From Candidatus Geocrenenecus huangii (lineage in GTDB: Archaea > Thermoproteota > Nitrososphaeria_A > Caldarchaeales > Wolframiiraptoraceae), in contig JALNLM010000002.1 of assembly GCA_023254095.1 (NCBI GenBank), forward strand, positions 1 through 24,000: 24,000 bases of DNA, given 5' to 3'. The notes beneath the pieces are model-generated. The model was not told where the DNA came from. It searched no databases and saw only the letters and a program-made list of their open reading frames with translations. The position numbers and the translations under genes are program-made. This document shows, one piece after another, positions 8,278 to 15,535 of this stretch. Numbering within the stretch: the first letter of the stretch is position 1; every line of letters starts with the position of its first letter.

Positions 8278-9303
8278 CTATATTGTTAGTAATCCACGTT
8301 TCTTAAGATAGTTTTCGAGTCTTTTCTGCTTCCTTTGAATGATGAATCCAATCAGTTTATAAAATCTTAGTGCATCCGACATTCTAACATATATGTAGCA
8401 TGCATCTTTCTTTACTACATATATTTTCCCTTTTCTTCTGTCGAAGAATGTAGTTCCTTTCCTCAGATATATCTTTGGCTCAGTCGTTCTTATCCCAAGA
8501 AGATTTAGAATCTTCCTGACATATTGGAGAAGCTGTATGTTGCTGTTATAGCAGGAAATCCATTTATTTCCACCCATACTTCCTTCACTATCGAAGAATC
8601 CTCTTATGAACCTCCTCATACACTCTTCGCAATGTTCTACGAAAGGTGCTATTCTACTTATGTCTATTGGCTTCTGAAGCAGTTCATATGGAGCTTTAGA
8701 TTTAACACTTACTACTAGCATACCATATTTCCTTTGTCTCGGTCTAGGCGGATCTCTTCTAAGAACTTTTCCTAGACATCTAGAGAATTCTTCTATGAAG
8801 TCCTCGTCCTTTACCTCAGCTACTACTTCGTATATGCCATTCTTCTTCTTGACTGTCCATCCATCACCAGCAACAACACCTATTATGTAGGCGAGCTCTG
8901 GAGACGGTTCTAGAAATTCTACTGAGGGTATTCTTATCCCATTGAATGGGTTATGGATATCCTTGCACCAATAGCTGATCACCGACTTCTTCAGTCGCAC
9001 ACCATGAGACTTGCATACCTCATCAATGATCATACTGTATGATAGTCCCTTCTTCCTCAGCCTTCTAACTTCATCGTATAGCTTAATCCTTAGTTCTCTT
9101 GGCAAACATGGTCCTCTCTTCTTCAACCCCTCTCGAAAAATTTCGTGATAATATTTTTTGACTGTAGACTCCGATATCTCAACACCGCTTTCTTTTAGTA
9201 TTCTCCAGATCCTGTGATAGCCGTAACCCTTCGCTACTCCTGTCTTTAATGCTTCTTCCAGCTTCTCCTTGACTTCTAGTGGTGGCTTTCTCTGCACCAT
9301 CAC
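8278..9303 (-). CDS. LAGLIDADG homing endonuclease with N-terminal helix-turn-helix regions
   Basis: Two LAGLIDADG-type helices, ELAYIIGVVAGDGW and RRFIRGFFDSEGS. N-terminal HTH-like stretches GYGYHRIWRILKESGVEISESTVKKYYHE and GLSYSMIIDEVCKSHGVRLKKSVISYW. Confidence 0.85.
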   Translation of the reverse strand: MMVQRKPPLEVKEKLEEALKTGVAKGYGYHRIWRILKESGVEISESTVKKYYHEIFREGLKKRGPCLPRELRIKLYDEVRRLRKKGLSYSMIIDEVCKSHGVRLKKSVISYWCKDIHNPFNGIRIPSVEFLEPSPELAYIIGVVAGDGWTVKKKNGIYEVVAEVKDEDFIEEFSRCLGKVLRRDPPRPRQRKYGMLVVSVKSKAPYELLQKPIDISRIAPFVEHCEECMRRFIRGFFDSEGSMGGNKWISCYNSNIQLLQYVRKILNLLGIRTTEPKIYLRKGTTFFDRRKGKIYVVKKDACYIYVRMSDALRFYKLIGFIIQRKQKRLENYLKKRGLLTI

Positions 9304-9466
9304 TTCTCACACTCCAGTAATGTTAGTCAATGTACCTCACCTCATCTAATTCTTCTGATTCTTCTATCATGTCTAATGCTATCATCCCTCCAATAACTAT
9401 CATTGCTAGAAGAATCAGAATTTTTATTAGATAATCTTTAGTTATATCTTATTACTTCTCCAGATA

Positions 9467-9679
9467 ATGGTTTCTCTAAGACTAGGATTAGATTACGAGT
9501 ATCAGAAGTTTGGAATGAGAAATAGAGTTGAGAGATTCTTCAGATGTCTAAAGGAGAGAATAGCAGTATTCTATAATAAGCTAAGTACAAGAGACCCTAT
9601 ACAGAGAATAACTAACCTGAACATATTCCTAAACCTAATTCACACTATACTACCAAACCATGGATTGGGATGTGGTTAA
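9467..9679 (+). pseudogene. C-terminal remnant of a DDE transposase (IS6-like or related)
   Basis: 70-aa ORF YEYQKFGMRNRVERFFRCLKERIAVFYNKLSTRDPIQRITNLNIFLNLIHTIL. The RNRVERFFRxLKER motif is the region around the catalytic Glu of DDE transposases. The upstream catalytic Asp regions are absent. Confidence 0.6.
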
Positions 9680-9750
9680 GAATGCTTATTTGGACACTAT
9701 CACTGCAAGGCTGCTAAGATTTATCATCTCAATTGTAGGATATAGTTGGT

Positions 9751-10608
9751 ATGGCCTCCTTAGATAAGCGGTATGCGGCTTTATTTGAGGTCTGCCTAGC
9801 TTCTCTAATTCTAACTTTTGTTTGGTGGTTTTACGAGGCTTACTTAAAGCGTAATATGTTCTGGTATTTTGGCCTTCCAAAATTTATTATGATGCTCTTA
9901 GCCCTACTCGCCATCATCTTGCCCAGGAGGAGTTTTAGGATTTACGGCTTCCTGCCCAGAAGCCCGCGCTTCACATTGAAGTGGAGCTCAGTATTTATAG
10001 CGATCTTTATCCTACCCTCGGCGTTCTCAATTGGGGTGTCGGCGGCTCTGGGCGTGGCTAAGCCTGCTGGGCTGTCGCCGCTCAGCATAATTCTAAACGT
10101 GATCTTCAACATGGTCTTCATCGGGCTTGTTGAGGAGGCTTATTTTAGGGGTTATGTGCAGTCTAGGCTTAATGAGGCCTTTGAGAGGCACTGGCGGAGG
10201 CTCATCTTTAAGGCTTGGAAAGTCGATTATGGAATGAGTTTACCTCTAACCTCCATAATCTTCGCTTTGATGCACATAGTCAATTACTGGAACCCGATTA
10301 TATCAAGGTGGGAGCCGGCTTGGTGGATGCCCATACACATCCTAGGAGCCTTCGCCTTCGGATGCCTGGCCGGGGCTCTAAGGGAGGCATCAGACATTTA
10401 TGTTTCGGCTTCACTGCACGGAGGCATAATGACCTCCTACACGTTTCTATCCATTTATACAAGCGAATTGATCCTGAACATCAGCCTATTCATCAGCTGG
10501 TTCATCTTCTTCTACATTCTGGGCATTTTCTTCCATGAATCCGAGAACCCAAGTGGCTTAGATTTGAGAGGGCGCAGTAAGAATAGCGTAGGTCTTCGGA
10601 AACCCTAG
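9751..10608 (+). CDS. CPBP-family intramembrane metalloprotease
   Basis: Eight or so hydrophobic segments with the CPBP motifs GLVEEAYFRGYVQSRL, FALMHIVNYW and GCLAGALREASDIYVSASLHGGIM. Confidence 0.82.
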   Translation: MASLDKRYAALFEVCLASLILTFVWWFYEAYLKRNMFWYFGLPKFIMMLLALLAIILPRRSFRIYGFLPRSPRFTLKWSSVFIAIFILPSAFSIGVSAALGVAKPAGLSPLSIILNVIFNMVFIGLVEEAYFRGYVQSRLNEAFERHWRRLIFKAWKVDYGMSLPLTSIIFALMHIVNYWNPIISRWEPAWWMPIHILGAFAFGCLAGALREASDIYVSASLHGGIMTSYTFLSIYTSELILNISLFISWFIFFYILGIFFHESENPSGLDLRGRSKNSVGLRKP

Positions 10609-10620
10609 ATCAGAGGGTTG

Positions 10621-10661
10621 GAGAGAGCCTGAGGTCGGAGGTTCAAATCCCGCCCGGGACT
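10621..10661 (+). repeat. tRNA-Thr 3'-half-like fragment (degenerate direct copy of 8174-8214)
   Basis: GAGAGAGCCTGAGGTCGGAGGTTCAAATCCCGCCCGGGACT matches GAGAAAGCCGCAGGTCGCGGGTTCAAATCCCGCCCGGGGCT at 35 of 41 positions without gaps, including an exact 19-nt block (10640-10658 = 8193-8211). No matching 5' acceptor strand is evident upstream. Confidence 0.7.
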
Positions 10662-11261
10662 TACTTCTCTTAGTTCTGGCTCTCTTCATATCTTCGACTC
10701 TAAAATCTAGAACAATGTAAGCGACCACAGAATAAAGGTAGAGAATATAGGTTCCATAATTAGTCAAGCTACCTTATGGTGCTCCACTATGTATAGGCTA
10801 TGCCGAACACTTAACTTTCTAGTTTTGGTCTTAGGTATTATAGGTTTGTTGCGGGTCCTTCTATCTCTTTGGCCTTTGAGGCTGTTACATCTTCTCTTGA
10901 CTGAGATATGATAGGAAACACTATATGGAGTATAGTAAACTCAAAAATTGATGCTTATGAATATATCAAGGTTAATGAATAGTTGGCTCAACAAGCTATC
11001 TTCACTCTCGATAAACTATTGCTGCTTCTTCTGATCTATAGTCTAACATTAATATCATTATGGGTTATGATAATCAAGTGTCAGTGTATGAAATAGCCGA
11101 AAGATATCTGGGGAATGAGGAGAAAGATAGATTCAGGGAACCCGCTCTTTAAACTCTACTTCTCCAAGAAAAGTCTATCTACATTAGGGATGTGGGAAGC
11201 ATTTATTGTTTAAATATTGAAAGCAGAAATGACCTGATTCATGGATTAATATTGCATCTTT

Positions 11262-12740
11262 TTATAGATAGTGTGTTCTTAATCTTTTCCAAGGCTTTGC
11301 CTCAGAACCATGTTTAGCATATTCCTTCAAGTCTATTCCAAGTCTTTCCGCATTCCTTTTTAATTGAGTTATTGTTGGCGGCTCTCCAGACTTTACACAT
11401 TCTACAACTAGCTTACCTATTTCTTCATCTCCTCTGGCAATTATTGATTGTAGGAAAGCCTGCCTTATACCATCAGTGGATAAAGCATCTTTAAGCTCTT
11501 TCTTGAGAAATCGGAGTCTTTCTTTAAGCTCCTTTACATCTCCGAATTCTTCATCTTCGAATGGTGTATGAGGCTTCGGTACGAAGGGATTAGCACTAAC
11601 TCTTACTAGGAAGCCCATCTTCATTATCTCCCTAACCAAGCCGATTATAGATTCTAGGTCTTGCATCGTTTCACCAGGTAGACCGAACATGAAATATAGC
11701 TTGATCTTCTTCACACCATATCTCTTGAAGATTGTACACGCTTTAAGTAGGTCTTCATCAGTGAATTTTTTCCCGATCATATATCGAAGGTCTTCACTGC
11801 TCTCTGGGGCTAACGTTATTGTCTTCTCACCACTCTCCACCAAGAATTCTATTAGTTCCTCGTTTAGATTGTCTATTCTTAGAGATGGGGCCACAACTTT
11901 AAACTTGTACGATCTTTTTTGAAGTTCATTCAGGTATTCTATTAGTTCGTTCAATCTTGAGTAGCTATTCAAGTCAGCAGAGATCAATACGAGTGACTCG
12001 TATCTTCCAGCCTTCAAGCCTTCTTCGATTACTTGAGTTAATTGTTCTATCGAGCGTTCACGATACGGTGAGTAGACATATCTTCCAAAACAGAATTTGC
12101 ATGACCATCTACAACCTCTACTGACGTCTACAAGTAGAGCATCTCCGAATACAGATAATTTACTCGAGGCCTGCAAGGAGGGTAGAAAAGTATCTAAAGG
12201 TTCAGGAAATCCTTTACCAGAATACTTCATGTTTTCTAAGTCTAATACCCCCTTTAAAGTTGTTAAGACGTCTTCCCCAACCTCATCGATAACTTCATTA
12301 ATGAAATCGATTATGCTGGCCTCTGCTTCTCCCACGTAGACATAATCGGTTAATCCTTTTAATGGAAACGGATTATAGACGCATGGTCCACCTACAATCT
12401 TCATCCTATTTGACAAGTTTTGTCTAACAACCCATCTGACAATCTCGAACAAGTCTGGCTCATACTGATAGGTAAACATTATCAGATTGAATTCACTTAT
12501 AGATGAGCCTGTCTCGAGGCTCCTACCACTCTCACTAGTAAATCTCTCACAATATGCTCTTTCATAGAGATTCAGGAGATGATACAGTATCCTAAACCCG
12601 AGATTCGATATAGCAACCTTGTAGACGTTAGGGTAGACGAGCGCTATTCTAAACTTTCTTCTAACCTTCTTCTTAACAGTAAACTTCTCAGCAACCACAC
12701 CCATCATTTCAACTATTTTACTCAAATAATTTAATGACAT
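11262..12740 (-). CDS. radical SAM protein with N-terminal B12-binding-like domain
   Basis: FRIALVYPNVYKVAISNLGFRILYHLLN (cobalamin-binding-like region), VDVSRGCRWSCKFCFGRYVYSPYRERS (CxxxCxxC radical SAM cluster), ITLAPESSEDLRYMIGK, LYFMFGLPGETMQDL. Confidence 0.82.
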   Translation of the reverse strand: MSLNYLSKIVEMMGVVAEKFTVKKKVRRKFRIALVYPNVYKVAISNLGFRILYHLLNLYERAYCERFTSESGRSLETGSSISEFNLIMFTYQYEPDLFEIVRWVVRQNLSNRMKIVGGPCVYNPFPLKGLTDYVYVGEAEASIIDFINEVIDEVGEDVLTTLKGVLDLENMKYSGKGFPEPLDTFLPSLQASSKLSVFGDALLVDVSRGCRWSCKFCFGRYVYSPYRERSIEQLTQVIEEGLKAGRYESLVLISADLNSYSRLNELIEYLNELQKRSYKFKVVAPSLRIDNLNEELIEFLVESGEKTITLAPESSEDLRYMIGKKFTDEDLLKACTIFKRYGVKKIKLYFMFGLPGETMQDLESIIGLVREIMKMGFLVRVSANPFVPKPHTPFEDEEFGDVKELKERLRFLKKELKDALSTDGIRQAFLQSIIARGDEEIGKLVVECVKSGEPPTITQLKRNAERLGIDLKEYAKHGSEAKPWKRLRTHYL

Positions 12741-12909
12741 GAAAATATTTGAGCATTATAGTCAATGATGCGCTCAATACGACTTCTTAATCTCCTTTTT
12801 TCAAGATTCGGTCAACTTACATGGAGTATCGTTCATAGATAATGTATAGTTTTTCGACTCACGTTATATTTAGAAAGATTAATATCATCCTCCGCCATTA
12901 ATTTATAAG

Positions 12910-13275
12910 ATGAAGAAAACTCCTATCGGGAGGAGAAAGTCTACTTCTCATCTGCCTGTTGAAGAATTTGAGTATATTGAGGATTTCGGTAAGATTATAC
13001 GAGAAGCTAGAGAGAAGATTGGTTTAACACAAGAAGATCTAGCCAGGCAATTAAATGAGAGGATTACGGTAATAAAGAAAATAGAATCGGGAGAATTCAA
13101 ACCACCTGTAGATCTTGCGAGAAAGATTGAGAAGCTACTAAAGATCGTAATAATAGTTCCAGCCGAAGAAGAGTTGGAGGACTTATCGAGATACTTGGAG
13201 AAAGGAGAGACATCTAAGAGTGTATCTCTCGGATTGTATCTTAGGAAGAGTGAAGAAAAAGTAGGAGGAGCATAG
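12910..13275 (+). CDS. MBF1-like HTH (Cro/XRE) transcription/translation factor without an N-terminal zinc ribbon
   Basis: FGKIIREAREKIGLTQEDLARQLNERITVIKKIESGEFKPPVDLARKIEKLLKIVIIV matches archaeal MBF1 HTH architecture. No CxxC motifs precede it. Confidence 0.72.
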   Translation: MKKTPIGRRKSTSHLPVEEFEYIEDFGKIIREAREKIGLTQEDLARQLNERITVIKKIESGEFKPPVDLARKIEKLLKIVIIVPAEEELEDLSRYLEKGETSKSVSLGLYLRKSEEKVGGA

Positions 13276-13339
13276 TTAAGTTAATGTAAATGGTTTTAAA
13301 GAGCTTACACATACATTTTTCTAGAAGGGTAAAAGTAAG

Positions 13340-14590
13340 TTGAGGGTGGCGATAATCCATAGAACGAACGTAGGAGAAGAAGATAATCTAGAAGAGCTTA
13401 GCGAGCTTTGTCGTACCGCAGGGTACAATGTAGTCTACAGGGTCAAACAAGAGAGGCCACCTCACCCGGAGTACAATATTGGTCCGGGTAAAGTTGAAGA
13501 ACTAGCGAAGGCTGTAAGAGAGCTCGGAATAGAGAAGGTAGTATTCGAGAACGAGTTGAAGCCTATCCAAGAATACAATCTAGCTAAGAAGCTGGGTGTT
13601 CAAGTTATTACACGTACCCAGCTTATACTTGAGATATTTACACTTCATGCAAGTAGTATTGAAGCTAGACTTCAGATAAAGCTTGCTGAATTAAAGTACG
13701 AGTTGCCTAGGGCTAAAGAGAAGGTTAGGTTAGCCAAGAAAGGTGAACAGCCAGGATTCCATGGTTTAGGAGCATACGAAGCAGACGTCTACTATGATGA
13801 AATCCATAGGAGAATAGTTTACATAAATAAGAAGCTTGAAGCAATCAAGAAACATATGGATCTGATAAGAGTTGAAAGGAAGAAACTTGGGCTACCCATA
13901 ATATCACTTGCAGGATACACAAATGCTGGCAAATCAACGTTATTTAATCTGCTAACCTTTGAAGATGTCGAAGTCAACTCACAGCTATTCACAACCTTAA
14001 CTCCAACAACTAGAATAGTAAGGCTTGACGGGAAGCCTGTTTTCCTCTCAGATACAGTAGGGTTCATCAACAACCTCCCGACATTGCTGATAGAAGCATT
14101 CTATGCAACTCTTAGAGAGATTGCATTATCAGACTTGATACTGTTAATGGTTGATGCATCTGAACCACTACAGATCGTTGAAAAAAAGCTCGAGACATCT
14201 CTAGACACATTAAGCAGTATCGGGGCTGGAGGGGTCCCAATACTACTAGTCTTCAACAAGATAGACCTTACGGATCTCGACGAAATAGAAAAGAAGATAA
14301 AAAGACTGAATCTACCATATGAGTATGTTGCGATATCTGCGAAAACCGGATGGAATATTAAGAGTTTGGAAGAAAAAGTCTCACGTATGCTCAAAGGCTT
14401 CATAAGGGTAAAAGCCACTATACCATTCAATTCAACGTCGATGAAGATGATCAAGGAAATCTACAATAAGTCTAAGGTGATAAACATAGAGTATGATGAT
14501 AGTTGCGTCAAGGTTGATGTAGAGACAACCATAGAACTGGCTGAAAGGATCCGTAAGCTTTCAGAGGGAGGAGAGTTCAGAGTTGGATAA
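13340..14590 (+). CDS. hflX: HflX family ribosome-associated GTPase
   Basis: HPEYNIGPGKVEELAKAV, ELKYELPRAKEKV...GEQPGFHGLGAYEADVYYDEIHRRI, G1 GYTNAGKSTLFNLL, SDTVGFINNLPTLLIEAFYATL, FNKIDL. Confidence 0.93.
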   Translation: MRVAIIHRTNVGEEDNLEELSELCRTAGYNVVYRVKQERPPHPEYNIGPGKVEELAKAVRELGIEKVVFENELKPIQEYNLAKKLGVQVITRTQLILEIFTLHASSIEARLQIKLAELKYELPRAKEKVRLAKKGEQPGFHGLGAYEADVYYDEIHRRIVYINKKLEAIKKHMDLIRVERKKLGLPIISLAGYTNAGKSTLFNLLTFEDVEVNSQLFTTLTPTTRIVRLDGKPVFLSDTVGFINNLPTLLIEAFYATLREIALSDLILLMVDASEPLQIVEKKLETSLDTLSSIGAGGVPILLVFNKIDLTDLDEIEKKIKRLNLPYEYVAISAKTGWNIKSLEEKVSRMLKGFIRVKATIPFNSTSMKMIKEIYNKSKVINIEYDDSCVKVDVETTIELAERIRKLSEGGEFRVG

Positions 14591-15059
14591 AACAGAATTA
14601 CTGGATATTGTTAGGATGGTTGCAGACTACCAGTTCGGCTATAACGTCGGTCTCAAACTATTCCCTAACGAAACAGTAATCGAAGTGTCCAGGAGAACTG
14701 GAAGACCTAGATACATTCTTCTAAACGGGAAACTATTGGCAACACTGAGAAGCAATGATGGAATGCTTGCACTAACTCTTGAAGGTGGAGAGAGGCTTGC
14801 AGAGATAATCGAGTGGCCACGGTTCAGGGTCGTCGTCCATGAAAGTTACATAGATAAGGTATTAAAGATGAAAATAGTAAAAGTAAACTGGGTTAAAGAA
14901 GTAGATGAATTACTCTACCCAAATGAAGAAGTCCTAATTTGCACATCGGATAAGAAGGTAATCGGTGTAGGTAAAACCCAAGTTTCAGGTCAGACAATTA
15001 TAAGCTCAAGAAGAGGTACTGCAGTCAAGGTCAGAGACGTGAAGAAGCAGATAGAATAG
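14583..15059 (+). CDS. PUA domain protein
   Basis: VADYQFGYNVGLKLFPNETVIEVSRRTGRPRYILLNGKLLATLRSNDGMLALTLEGGERL, then a C-terminal PUA-like domain VLICTSDKKVIGVGKTQVSGQTIISSRRGTAVKVRDVK. Overlaps the hflX 3' end by 8 nt. Confidence 0.78.
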   Translation: MDKTELLDIVRMVADYQFGYNVGLKLFPNETVIEVSRRTGRPRYILLNGKLLATLRSNDGMLALTLEGGERLAEIIEWPRFRVVVHESYIDKVLKMKIVKVNWVKEVDELLYPNEEVLICTSDKKVIGVGKTQVSGQTIISSRRGTAVKVRDVKKQIE

Positions 15060-15154
15060 TAAATTATGTATCTTCATTTGTTCTGTGAATGAGAAAGATA
15101 TTATACAACCTCATCGATCAAAATTATTGGAATAGTAGGTGAGGTCCTTACGGT

Positions 15155-15535
15155 ATGAAGAAGATTCCTGCTAGACAGCTGAGGAGAATGCAGTCACGTA
15201 TGCTTGAAAGTCTTGGATTAAATTTGAAAGAGTTAGGAGTAGCTGAAGAGGTAATTATCCGATTACAAGGTAGAGAACTTAGGATAAAGAGCCCATCAGT
15301 GATGTTTATGAAGCTTGAGAATGAAGGGATCTACCAGATTATCGGAGGCGAGGTCGAAGAATCGGTCTCCTCTATCGAAGAGAAGGTTGAGCAAGCTTAT
15401 ACGCCCTCAGATGAAGATGTAATGATTGTAGCTATGCAGGCAGGGGTTTCAGAAGAGGAAGCAAAGAATGCGTTGGTAGAGACAGCTGGAGATCTTGCAA
15501 AAGCTATACTTCTACTGAAATCGAGGAAATCCTAA
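15155..15535 (+). CDS. nac: nascent polypeptide-associated complex protein (archaeal NAC)
   Basis: RQLRRMQSRMLESLG...EVIIRLQGRELRIKSPSVMFMKLENEGIYQIIGG plus the C-terminal UBA-like DVMIVAMQAGVSEEEAKNALVETAGDLAKAILLL. Confidence 0.92.
   Translation: MKKIPARQLRRMQSRMLESLGLNLKELGVAEEVIIRLQGRELRIKSPSVMFMKLENEGIYQIIGGEVEESVSSIEEKVEQAYTPSDEDVMIVAMQAGVSEEEAKNALVETAGDLAKAILLLKSRKS

Noticed and set aside
9323-9448. Minus-strand open frame DITKDYLIKILILLAMIVIGGMIALDMIEESEELDEVRYID
   Set aside because: It looks like a small TM peptide just upstream of the endonuclease, but has no start codon at the N-terminal side. A start at the first internal ATG leaves too little to support a call.
10215-10538. 107-aa plus-strand ORF
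   Set aside because: Alternative frame inside the CPBP protease gene in its GC-richer section, where stops are rarer. His/Arg-rich composition is consistent with an artefact.
10558-10767. Minus-strand ORF containing SRAGFEPPTSGS
   Set aside because: This peptide is what the antisense of a tRNA 3' end encodes. It overlaps the tRNA-like fragment and has no independent support.
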